DNA of 64,000 nt from contig CAWELD010000003.1 of NCBI GenBank assembly GCA_963809895.1, positions 1,376,001 through 1,440,000 on the forward strand, given 5' to 3'. The notes under the pieces are model-generated. The model ran no database searches and was not told the DNA's origin. It saw nothing but the letters and a program-made list of their open reading frames with translations. The translations under genes were made by a program, and so were the position numbers. This DNA comes from an uncultured Gemmatimonadales bacterium. GTDB taxonomy: Bacteria; Gemmatimonadota; Gemmatimonadetes; Longimicrobiales; Gaopeijiaceae. The number at the start of each line of letters is the position of its first letter. Positions within the stretch are counted from its first letter, which is position 1. This document shows positions 21,534-29,783 of the stretch, piece by piece.

Positions 21534-22100
21534 ATGAGTGATACTACCGACACCCTGCCCTCCGGTCGCTTTCTGCTCAGGATCGATCCCGCGCTGCACG
21601 CCACGCTCCGGGATCAAGCCGAGCGTCAGGGTCTGTCGCTGAACGAGTACTGCGCGCGGCGTTTGGCCTATCCGGGCCTGGACGTGGGGGGCCCCGCGCC
21701 GGACGCGGTGCGCCGAGCCCTGACCGTCACCCGCGGTCGTGTGCGCGGCCTCCTGGTGTTCGGATCGTGGGCGCGCAACGAGCTCAGCGACGACTCCGAC
21801 GTGGACCTGCTGGTGGTGTTGGACCGGGGGCAGGTGCTGGAGCGGAGCCTGTATCGCCGGTGGGACGAGGCTCCGGTGCTCTGGGAGGGGCGGAGCGTGG
21901 AGCCCCATTTCGTTCATCTTCCCGGCGAGGGCGACCGCGTCACGGGCCTGTGGGCCGAGGCGGCCCTCGACGGCGTGGTCCTGTTCGATCCGGACTTCGC
22001 CATGTCCCGCCACCTCGTGCACGTACGGAAGCAGATCCTCGCGGGGCGGCTGGTCCGCCGCGAGATCCACGGACATCCCTACTGGGTGGAGGCCGCCTGA
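21534..22100 (+). CDS. HicB-like RHH domain fused to a minimal nucleotidyltransferase (MNT antitoxin)
   Basis: SGRFLLRIDPALH...GLSLNEY (HicB C-terminal RHH) followed by FGSWARNELSDDSDVDL (GSx10DxD). Confidence 0.87.
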   Translation: MSDTTDTLPSGRFLLRIDPALHATLRDQAERQGLSLNEYCARRLAYPGLDVGGPAPDAVRRALTVTRGRVRGLLVFGSWARNELSDDSDVDLLVVLDRGQVLERSLYRRWDEAPVLWEGRSVEPHFVHLPGEGDRVTGLWAEAALDGVVLFDPDFAMSRHLVHVRKQILAGRLVRREIHGHPYWVEAA

Positions 22101-22525
22101 TGCACAACCCCGACCTGGCGCGGGACTACCTGCGACGCGCCGCGATCCGCCTGGAAGCGCTGGACGTGCTGTACGGCGGAGAGAGCTGGGCCGATGTCGT
22201 CCGCGAAGCCCAGGAGATCGTGGAGCTCACGCTCAAGGGTCTCCTGCGGGCCTGCGGCATCGACCCTCCCCGCATTCACGACGTGTCCGAGATCCTCCTG
22301 GCCGAACGGGACCGCCTCCCCGAAGGACTGGAGCCGGAGGTGGAGACGCTGGCCGAGATCTCGCGCCAGCTCCGCCGGGACCGCGAGCTGGCGTTCTACG
22401 GGGCCGAAGACCTGACGCCGTCGGGCTTCTATTCGAAGGGGGATGCCGAGCGCGCGCGCGACGGAGCGCGATCCACCGTCACCCTGGTGAAGCCACACGT
22501 CCTGGACCCGGCTGGGGGCGCATAG
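22100..22525 (+). CDS. HEPN-domain protein
   Basis: TGATG overlap with the MNT gene; AQEIVELTLKG, PRIHDV and RELAFY (Rx4Y). Confidence 0.87.
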   Translation: MHNPDLARDYLRRAAIRLEALDVLYGGESWADVVREAQEIVELTLKGLLRACGIDPPRIHDVSEILLAERDRLPEGLEPEVETLAEISRQLRRDRELAFYGAEDLTPSGFYSKGDAERARDGARSTVTLVKPHVLDPAGGA

Positions 22526-22528
22526 GCT

Positions 22529-24097
22529 ATGCCGAACCTCCCACCGCTGGACCAGATGCTCCAGGGCCCGGCCGCGCTCTACGGCGTTCTCCTGGTGCTG
22601 GTGCTGCTCCTTCTCGTGGTGCGGCGCTTCAGCGACGATCCGGCCATGCGCCGCAGGGCCATGCTGGTGAGCGGGCTGCTCTTCCTGTTCGTGGCGCTCC
22701 GGATCTGGCTGCGCTTCATCCCGCCGCTGGTTCCACGCCTGGTGGAGGGTGCCGGCGGCGAGCCCGCCCGCATGGTCCAGGTCACCAACCCGTTGGCGCA
22801 TTCCATCGTGGTCACGAGCCTGATCGTGGCGCTCCTGGCCGCGCTCCTCCTCGGGGCGCTCCTCCTCGTGGACGTGCTCCTGGTGCGCCGCCTGAAGGTG
22901 GAAGTGCCCAAGATCCTGCCGGACATCGCCGTGCTGGGGGCCTTCTTCTTCGGCGTGATCCTGATCCTCTACTACCGGACCACGCTGGACATCACGGGGC
23001 TGTTCACCACCTCGGCGCTCTTCACGGTGGTCATCGGCCTCGCGCTCCAGGACACGCTCGGCAACCTCTTCTCGGGACTGGCGCTCCAGACCGAGCGCTC
23101 CTTCCGCGTCGGCGATTGGGTCCGGTTCGGCACCTACGAAGGACTCGTCACCGACGTGTCCTGGCGGGCCACCAAGATCCGCACCCGGGACAACGACCTC
23201 ATCGTCGTGCCCAACACGGTCATGGGAAAGGACGCGCTGCTCAACTTCAGCGTCCCCACGCCGGTCCACGGCGTGGTCAGCGAGGTGGGATGCCACTATC
23301 GCCATCCCCCGGCATCGGTCATGGAGGCGCTGGAAGAGGCGGCGAGTCAGACGGAGGGTGTCCTGGCGCGACCCAGGCCCAGCGTACGCACCCGGGCGTT
23401 CGGCGATTTCGCCATCACCTACGAGATCCGTTACTGGATCCGGGATTATGCCGCGGAGCCCGAGATCCGCAGCGATCTCATGACCCGCATCTGGTACGTC
23501 TTCGATCGCCGGGGCATCGAGATCCCCTTCCCCATTCGCAACGTCTTCATGCGGGAGATGGCGGAGGGCGCCGAGGGCCGGTCGCCGGCCGACGACGGCG
23601 AGCGAGTGCGGGAACGCCTGGCGCGCTGCGACCTCTTCGCCTTCCTCAATGCCGACGAGCTGGCCCGCCTGGCCCGGAGGGTCCGCACCGAGCGCTACTT
23701 CACCGGCGAGACGGTCATCCATCAGGGAGCGACGGGGGATTCTCTCTACGTCGTCGACGAGGGGCGCGTCGAGGTGCTGGTGCGCTCCGGCGACAAGGAG
23801 CCCGAACGGGTGGCCGAGCTCGGCGTGGCGTCGTTCTTCGGCGAGATGAGCATGATGGTGGACGAGCCGCGCTCGGCGACCATCCGCACGCTGACCCCCA
23901 CCCGCTTCTTCGTCATCGACCGCGACGCGTTCCGCGACATCCTGCTCGCGAATCCCGCCATCGGCGACCGTCTGTCCGAGACCCTGGCCCAGCGCAAGCG
24001 GGAGCTGGACGCGGCGTTGGCCACCCCCGTCGAGGAGCCGCCCGAGGTGGAAGAGCGGCGAATCCTGGACCGCATCCGCGACCTGTTCGGGTTCTGA
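22529..24097 (+). CDS. MscS-family mechanosensitive channel with a C-terminal cNMP-binding domain
   Basis: GLALQDTLGNLFSG, FRVGDWV, WRATKI, IEIPFP, then FFGEMS...PRSAT. Confidence 0.92.
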   Translation: MPNLPPLDQMLQGPAALYGVLLVLVLLLLVVRRFSDDPAMRRRAMLVSGLLFLFVALRIWLRFIPPLVPRLVEGAGGEPARMVQVTNPLAHSIVVTSLIVALLAALLLGALLLVDVLLVRRLKVEVPKILPDIAVLGAFFFGVILILYYRTTLDITGLFTTSALFTVVIGLALQDTLGNLFSGLALQTERSFRVGDWVRFGTYEGLVTDVSWRATKIRTRDNDLIVVPNTVMGKDALLNFSVPTPVHGVVSEVGCHYRHPPASVMEALEEAASQTEGVLARPRPSVRTRAFGDFAITYEIRYWIRDYAAEPEIRSDLMTRIWYVFDRRGIEIPFPIRNVFMREMAEGAEGRSPADDGERVRERLARCDLFAFLNADELARLARRVRTERYFTGETVIHQGATGDSLYVVDEGRVEVLVRSGDKEPERVAELGVASFFGEMSMMVDEPRSATIRTLTPTRFFVIDRDAFRDILLANPAIGDRLSETLAQRKRELDAALATPVEEPPEVEERRILDRIRDLFGF

Positions 24098-24103
24098 GGA
24101 GCC

Positions 24104-24598
24104 TCAGCCTCCCCCGCCTCCTGCCTGCTTGCCGCGGAACGTCAGGGGGAGCTGCATCCAGACGCCCACGGCGCACTGACCCTGCAGGGCCTGGGTGAAT
24201 CGCACCTGCTTCGCCACGGCGAATCCGGCGGGCTGCAGGAGCTCGGCGCCGGACGCCCCCACGAGCCGGATGTCTTCGACCTCACCCTCGGGTCCGACGT
24301 AGAAGGCGAACACGAGCTTGCCGGAGAGCGCCTGTCTGGCAGCGGCCATGGCCCGCACGTACTGGCGCTGCTGTACGTCCTGGACCTTCTCCGGGTTGGC
24401 GATCCGGGGCCACATGGTCACTTCCTGGGCCCGCGGTCCTCCCGCTTGCGGCGCATCTTCCTGGGTCCAGGGCGCGGGATCGCACGGCGGCGCCAGGGAT
24501 TCGGACGCAGAGCGCGACCCGGCGCTGGCGCAGGCGGTGACAAGGGGGATGGCGGTTGCGGCGATGACGCGGCCGATGGTGACGCGGCGCACGGCCAC
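24104..24598 (-). CDS. Putative lipoprotein with a TonB C-terminal-like domain
   Basis: Lipobox LVTAC; GKLVFAFYVGPEGEVEDIRLVGASG...VWMQLPLTF resembles TonB_C; start uncertain. Confidence 0.7.
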   Translation of the reverse strand: MAVRRVTIGRVIAATAIPLVTACASAGSRSASESLAPPCDPAPWTQEDAPQAGGPRAQEVTMWPRIANPEKVQDVQQRQYVRAMAAARQALSGKLVFAFYVGPEGEVEDIRLVGASGAELLQPAGFAVAKQVRFTQALQGQCAVGVWMQLPLTFRGKQAGGGGG

Positions 24599-24702
24599 TC
24601 CGGGTAGAGTGAAGGGGGGGACGCGCAAGCTAGTAGGCTGCGGTGGTGGGCGCGAGGGAGCGCTCGTGAACCCTGCACGCGGAGGGTTCGTAGGGACAGA
24701 AC

Positions 24703-25299
24703 GTGGACGCGTCCGGTACGGGCCGCTGCGATCCATCCACCCGATCGGTCGACGATGGGGTCCGGAGCGCGGGGGCCCGGCGCGTCACCTGCCACGCCCC
24801 ACACGGAGCGAACCCCGTGGCCCATCGCCCGCTACCCGACGCGGCATCCGCGGCCTCCACGGCGCCGGTTTCCAGGCCGGCGCCTTCCGTGGCCGAGGCC
24901 GACGCCGCCGGCGGGCGCACTGCCCTGCTGAGCGTGCTGGGGTGGCTGGCTCTCCTCGCAGGTGGCCTCATCCTGTCGTTGGGCATGGCCTCGCTGGTCG
25001 GAGCACGGGTGCGCTCGGCCGCGCTCGTAGACGTGGACCGGAGCCCGGTGGGGTCGGTGCCCTCGTACTCCGACGCGCCCCGGGCGGCGCTGGCCTTCTT
25101 CGCCCGGCGCGACACGGTCACGGTGCGGGTGTCCCGAGACATGACCGTAGCCGACTTCCTCGCGCTCTACCATCTGGAGACCAACGCGTCGGCCCGAGCA
25201 GCCCTGAGGGATCAGCTGGGCGCCGTGGCCGATGCCGACCTCCTGCGTGAGGGTGACGAGGTCACGCTCACCGTCACCGTCGGCCGGGAGACGCCATGA
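24703..25299 (+). CDS. Operon gene 1: single-TM protein with a degenerate LysM-like C-terminal domain (start uncertain)
   Basis: TM segment LLSVLGWLALLAGGLILSLG; VTVRVSRDMTVADFLALYHL...DLLREGDEVTL follows the LysM pattern; ATGA overlap with the next gene. Confidence 0.65.
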   Translation: MDASGTGRCDPSTRSVDDGVRSAGARRVTCHAPHGANPVAHRPLPDAASAASTAPVSRPAPSVAEADAAGGRTALLSVLGWLALLAGGLILSLGMASLVGARVRSAALVDVDRSPVGSVPSYSDAPRAALAFFARRDTVTVRVSRDMTVADFLALYHLETNASARAALRDQLGAVADADLLREGDEVTLTVTVGRETP

Positions 25300-26147
25300 C
25301 GCCCGATCGCGATCCTTTCGAGTCGGGCCAGGACGCCACCGACGAGATCCGCCACGCCCTGGAAGCCATCCGCGCCGACGTGCGCGCCGTGGTGCAGGAC
25401 GAGGTGGCCCGAGCCGGCATGTCCGAAGGTGAGCTGGAGCGGTTCGTGGCCGACCTCGTGCGCAAGAACCTCACCGAGGCCGCCGAGGTCCGGCCGCGCG
25501 CCAGCGTGTGGAGCGCGCCCGTGCTCCTGCTCACCGGCCTGGTGGTGGGGCTGCTCGGGGGATTCGCCGGCTACTGGATGCTGGCGAGACCAACGACGGA
25601 CGGCGCACGTCCCCCGGCGCTGTCCTCGGCGGCACCCGACCCGGGAGCCGCCACCGCGCCCACCGAGACCGACGCCTCGGCCGCCCCCGCCAGCCAAGGC
25701 TCGCAATCCTCGACGTCGCCGCCACCGGCCGCGGCCGCGCCGACCGCGCTGGCCGCTCGCTACGATTCCCTCTTCGCGGCCCACGACCCGGGCCTGGAAC
25801 CGCTTCTGGCGGAGCTGGAGGGAAAGGCGGCCCCACCCGTGCTCGCCGCGCTGACGGAGTGGCGCGGCGGGGGGGCGCTGGACCCGGGCCCCCGGCGGCG
25901 GCTGCACGACGCACTGGTGCAGGCGGCGGTAAACCGCTTGGCCGGCACGGCTCTCACGCTGGACGGCCTGGTGACCCGGAACCCGTGCGGTGGGGCGTCG
26001 TGCGGCGCCATCCTGCAGCTGTGGCAGGCGCGAGGCCCTGAGCTGGGCCTGCCCGCGTATCCGGCAGCCGACACGGCCCGGGACGCCGCGCTGCCGACGG
26101 TGGAACGCGTCCTGGTCATGCGTGGACTGGAGGCCGACGGTGGCTGA
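25296..26147 (+). CDS. Operon gene 2: bitopic membrane protein with an Ala/Pro/Ser linker and a possible peptidoglycan-binding C-terminal domain
   Basis: TM segment VLLLTGLVVGLLGGFAGYW; LVQAAVNRLAGTALTLDGLV...GGASCGAI resembles the PG-binding LxxDGxxGxxT motif. Confidence 0.7.
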   Translation: MTPDRDPFESGQDATDEIRHALEAIRADVRAVVQDEVARAGMSEGELERFVADLVRKNLTEAAEVRPRASVWSAPVLLLTGLVVGLLGGFAGYWMLARPTTDGARPPALSSAAPDPGAATAPTETDASAAPASQGSQSSTSPPPAAAAPTALAARYDSLFAAHDPGLEPLLAELEGKAAPPVLAALTEWRGGGALDPGPRRRLHDALVQAAVNRLAGTALTLDGLVTRNPCGGASCGAILQLWQARGPELGLPAYPAADTARDAALPTVERVLVMRGLEADGG

Positions 26148-28263
26148 CGTCGTGTCGCTGGACCGTCACGTCCTGGCCTCACCGGCCACGGCCTTCGACA
26201 CGGCCTGGTCCACGTACGGCTGGACCCCCGGCATCCAGGACCGGGTGGGGCGCCTCGAGGAAGAGGTACCCTGGGGAACCCACGTGGCCCGGGCCACGGA
26301 CCCGCCGCGGTTGTCGGGACCGGCCCAGGCGCTCCTGAACCCCGACAACCTGGACCGGTTGGGAAGCGGGGTTCTGAGGGTGGACGGCCGCCTGGGCTTC
26401 GCCCTGTGGGGCGCCTTCGGATCGGGCTCCGGCGGCGCGGACCGCCGCGTGCTGACCCACACGCTGCTCATGGACGACGCCGCCTTCCGGCAGGTGGCCG
26501 GCTATCCGCAGGGGCTGCTCTGGGACGGCGACCGGCCGGCGGCGTGGTTCCGGGAGTTGGCGGAAGAGCAGGACTTCCTTGAACCCACACCGTTGACCCC
26601 GGTGCGGCTGGGTCTCGAGCGGGCGCGTACCGCGGCCCTCGCCCGGGCGCGCATCGTGGAGTTGGACCGGCTCCGGGGCGCCGTCCTGGATCAGCTCGGC
26701 GGCGACGTCGATGGCCTGTCCTCGCTCCTGGCCACGACCTACGAGGCCGTGGCCCGGGCCAGCGCCGGCGACCAGGTCCGCCATGTCGTGGTCCGAGGCG
26801 TGGGCGCCGCCACCTCGCGGCTCCTGAAGCTGGTGTGGCTGTCGCTCCCGTTGGAGGACCGCATCCGCGTGTCGTACGTGACCGAGCAGCGTCGGTCGGA
26901 ACGGCCCCGGGGCCTGCTCCTGGGCCTCCCCGAGGCCGAGTGGGGACGCTACGTGCCCGACGGCTCCTGGGTGGTGGACGAGCACGAGCCCGCCGAAGCC
27001 GGCGCCGGTCGCGTGCACTGGGCGCGGGCGCTCACGGCCCCGGATTCGCTGGAGACGTTCCGGCGTCTGGACGCCCGGGCGGCGAGTCGCCGGTGGCGAC
27101 TGGTCACCGCCGACGACCTGGCAGCGGAGGGCGCCCGGGGCGCCTGGCAGGTGGCGTGGGCGTCCCGAGGTCCGACCCTGGACGGTGTGCGGGCCCTGCT
27201 GGAGCTGGAGCGTCGCCGTCCGGGGGGCGTCCGCGCCCGGGCGCTGGGCCAGGCGCTGGGCGAGGCCGTGGCGACGACCACGACCGAACGCCCCGGCGCC
27301 GTCGACGCCATGGACGATGCGCTGAGCCTGTCCACCGAGCTCCCGGCGAACGCGCGCATGGGCGTGCTCCGGGGCGCCGTGCGCGCCCTCCGCGCTCGAG
27401 GTCCCGACGGACGGCGCCGCGCCGCGCTGCTCCGGTGCCGGGCGGCGGCCTCCGGTGACGCCGAGCTGTCCAGCGAGCTCCACCGCCTCGTGGACCGGGA
27501 GTCCGACGCGCTCCGTGCGCTCGTGGCCGATCCCGAGAGGGGAGGCGGCCTGGAGCTCGTCCTGGGCGCGCTGCCGCTGGCCGCCACCGGCGACCCGGTG
27601 GGCCGGGAGCTGGTGCGCCTCGGGGCCGCCGAGACCCGCTGGACCCCGGCGCGGGCCGCGACGCTGGGCACCGCTCTGGCCGCCCGGGCAACGGATGGCG
27701 ATCTCGACCCGATCCTGGCCGACATCCTGACGACGCTGCTGCGCGAAGGAGACCACGAGGGTTGGCACCGGCTGGTGTCCGAGGTTCCGGCGTCGTGGCT
27801 CGCGCGCCCGGCGATTCTGAGAGAGCTGATCGGTGGGATCGAGGCCGGCCGCCACCCCTTCGGCGCCGGCGCCCCCGAAACCGGCGAGCTCGCCGACAGC
27901 CTGGCCCGCCGGCTCCTGGAGCGCGCGGGGCGGACGGGGTTGGGTCCCGAACGCGCCACGGCGGTGCTCCGTCTGCTGTGGGCCGCGGGATCCGACGAGC
28001 CCCTGGACGCCCTGGATCTCCATGCGAGCACCCGCGTGCCGGTGCTGGCGGAGCTGCTGGCCGTGCCGGCGCCCCTGCCCCTCTTCCATGGCATCCGGCG
28101 GCGGCTCGAGCGCGCCCTGGACGCGGCGGGCGCGGATCGTTCGGCCGAGCCCTGGGTCGACACGCTTCGGCCCTGGGCACCGGCCCTGGCGCGGCGGTTG
28201 GCCGGCAACGACTCGGCGGCTCCGCACCCGGCGCCCCGCTTCCTGGTAGGAGCCGGATCGTGA
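26140..28263 (+). CDS. Operon gene 3: ~707-aa cytoplasmic protein with a GAP1-N-like N-terminus and a helical C-terminus
   Basis: GTG at 26140 after GGAGG; WSTYGWTPG and GGADRRVLTHTLL resemble GTPase-associated protein N-terminal domains. The family call is tentative; the ORF itself is well supported by GC3 and overlaps. Confidence 0.6.
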   Translation: MADVVSLDRHVLASPATAFDTAWSTYGWTPGIQDRVGRLEEEVPWGTHVARATDPPRLSGPAQALLNPDNLDRLGSGVLRVDGRLGFALWGAFGSGSGGADRRVLTHTLLMDDAAFRQVAGYPQGLLWDGDRPAAWFRELAEEQDFLEPTPLTPVRLGLERARTAALARARIVELDRLRGAVLDQLGGDVDGLSSLLATTYEAVARASAGDQVRHVVVRGVGAATSRLLKLVWLSLPLEDRIRVSYVTEQRRSERPRGLLLGLPEAEWGRYVPDGSWVVDEHEPAEAGAGRVHWARALTAPDSLETFRRLDARAASRRWRLVTADDLAAEGARGAWQVAWASRGPTLDGVRALLELERRRPGGVRARALGQALGEAVATTTTERPGAVDAMDDALSLSTELPANARMGVLRGAVRALRARGPDGRRRAALLRCRAAASGDAELSSELHRLVDRESDALRALVADPERGGGLELVLGALPLAATGDPVGRELVRLGAAETRWTPARAATLGTALAARATDGDLDPILADILTTLLREGDHEGWHRLVSEVPASWLARPAILRELIGGIEAGRHPFGAGAPETGELADSLARRLLERAGRTGLGPERATAVLRLLWAAGSDEPLDALDLHASTRVPVLAELLAVPAPLPLFHGIRRRLERALDAAGADRSAEPWVDTLRPWAPALARRLAGNDSAAPHPAPRFLVGAGS

Positions 28264-29783
28264 CTATCGACGCGCTGTGCCGTCGCTGCCACGGGCCCCT
28301 CAACGACGAGGGCCTGTGCCCCCGCTGTGACGCCGACGAGGTGGAGGTGGCCACCAAGCTCCGCCAACTCCGGGCCGAGATCGCCCGGGAGCGGGGCGAG
28401 CAGGCGCCGGCCGAGCCCGTCAGCCGCCTGTGGCACGCCAAGAAGGAGAAGCTGGAGCAGGCCAAGCGGGAGGCCGAGAAGAAGCGAGCGGCGGCCGCGT
28501 CCGCCGACGAGGCTCCCGACCACGCGGGCCGCGGGGCTCCTTCGCAGACGTCACCGGCCGAGCCTCCCCCGCCCGAAGAGCACGTCGCGCCCGAGCCGGA
28601 CACGAAGAGCGCCCCGCCCGCCGGCCCCGCTCGGGTCCACCGGGCCGGGGTGTCGGCCTCGGGCATCCGGGCCCGCGAGCTCGACGTCACCGACCCCCGC
28701 CACGGCAGCGAGGCCGTGCGTGAGCTGCTCGAGCACCGCCGCCGGGGCCTGGGCAAGATCGTGGGCATCGCCGGGCTGCCACGGCACGGCAAGACCAAGC
28801 TCGCCGACCGCCTGCGGGAGCGGTACGCCGAGCGCCCCGGAGCCGACCTCCGCTACGACAAGACCGAGCGGGGCGAGGTCAACCTCTACTACATCCCCGG
28901 ACGCCGCGAGCACCACGTGCTGGTGGACGTGGCCGGCGAGGACTTCCAGGCGCTGGGCGACTACGAGCGCGAGCTCCCGGCCCTCATGCGCCAGTTCCTG
29001 TGGCCGGTGCTCCAGGAGCTGGACGGGCTCGTCCTGCTCATGGCGCTCCCCATCGTGTGGGCCGGCTGGAGCGATCCCCACTCGGAAACGCGGGTCGAGC
29101 CCAGCGAGCGCGACGAGATCGCCATGCGCCAGGCACGGGACCGCATGGTGGCGGCGCACCGCATGCTCCTGAAATACGCCATCGTGGCCCGGGACCTGAA
29201 GCGGCTGCGCCGGGTCGTTCCGGGTCTGGGTCTGTCGGCCACCGAGGTCCCCACCCGCAACCAGGTGGACGACGCGGTACCCTCCGCGCGCCGCCTGTCG
29301 GTGCCGGTGTCGGTGGGCTTCAGCAAGGCCGACCTGTACGCGCCGGGCGAGGGGCCCGACGCCGGGGGCGGACTCCGGCGCGTGGGCCTCTACACGCCGG
29401 ACGTGCCGGGACGGAGCGGCCAACCCGCCCCGCCGCTCCATCCCCTGCACACCGATCCCCTGATCCTGGGCTATCTCCACTTCCCGGAGCTCTTCGAGTT
29501 CATGGAGACGCGGGTGCGCCACTTCCACTTCGACTTCGTGCAGGCGCTGGTGGACCGGAGCGAGGAGCCCGATCCCCAGGAGGCCACCGAGGCCGGCGCC
29601 GATGCGGGCCGGGGCACGCTCCTCGGCGGAGAGGGACTGGTGGAGTTCGTGACGCAGCATCCGTGGCGCGTACCCGGTCTGGACACCCGGCGGGCGCTCA
29701 AGCTGAATCGCTTCCTGGACCCGCGCCGCTGGGACCGCAAGCTGCTCAGGGCCCTCCACGACCGGGATGGAGGCGACCGATGA
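28260..29783 (+). CDS. Operon gene 4: zinc ribbon + coiled coil + TRAFAC-class P-loop GTPase
   Basis: CRRC-x9-CPRC; G1 GLPRHGKT (28773-28796), G3 DVAGE (28926-28940), G4 SKAD (29322-29333); GTGA and ATGA overlaps. Confidence 0.85.
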   Translation: MTIDALCRRCHGPLNDEGLCPRCDADEVEVATKLRQLRAEIARERGEQAPAEPVSRLWHAKKEKLEQAKREAEKKRAAAASADEAPDHAGRGAPSQTSPAEPPPPEEHVAPEPDTKSAPPAGPARVHRAGVSASGIRARELDVTDPRHGSEAVRELLEHRRRGLGKIVGIAGLPRHGKTKLADRLRERYAERPGADLRYDKTERGEVNLYYIPGRREHHVLVDVAGEDFQALGDYERELPALMRQFLWPVLQELDGLVLLMALPIVWAGWSDPHSETRVEPSERDEIAMRQARDRMVAAHRMLLKYAIVARDLKRLRRVVPGLGLSATEVPTRNQVDDAVPSARRLSVPVSVGFSKADLYAPGEGPDAGGGLRRVGLYTPDVPGRSGQPAPPLHPLHTDPLILGYLHFPELFEFMETRVRHFHFDFVQALVDRSEEPDPQEATEAGADAGRGTLLGGEGLVEFVTQHPWRVPGLDTRRALKLNRFLDPRRWDRKLLRALHDRDGGDR

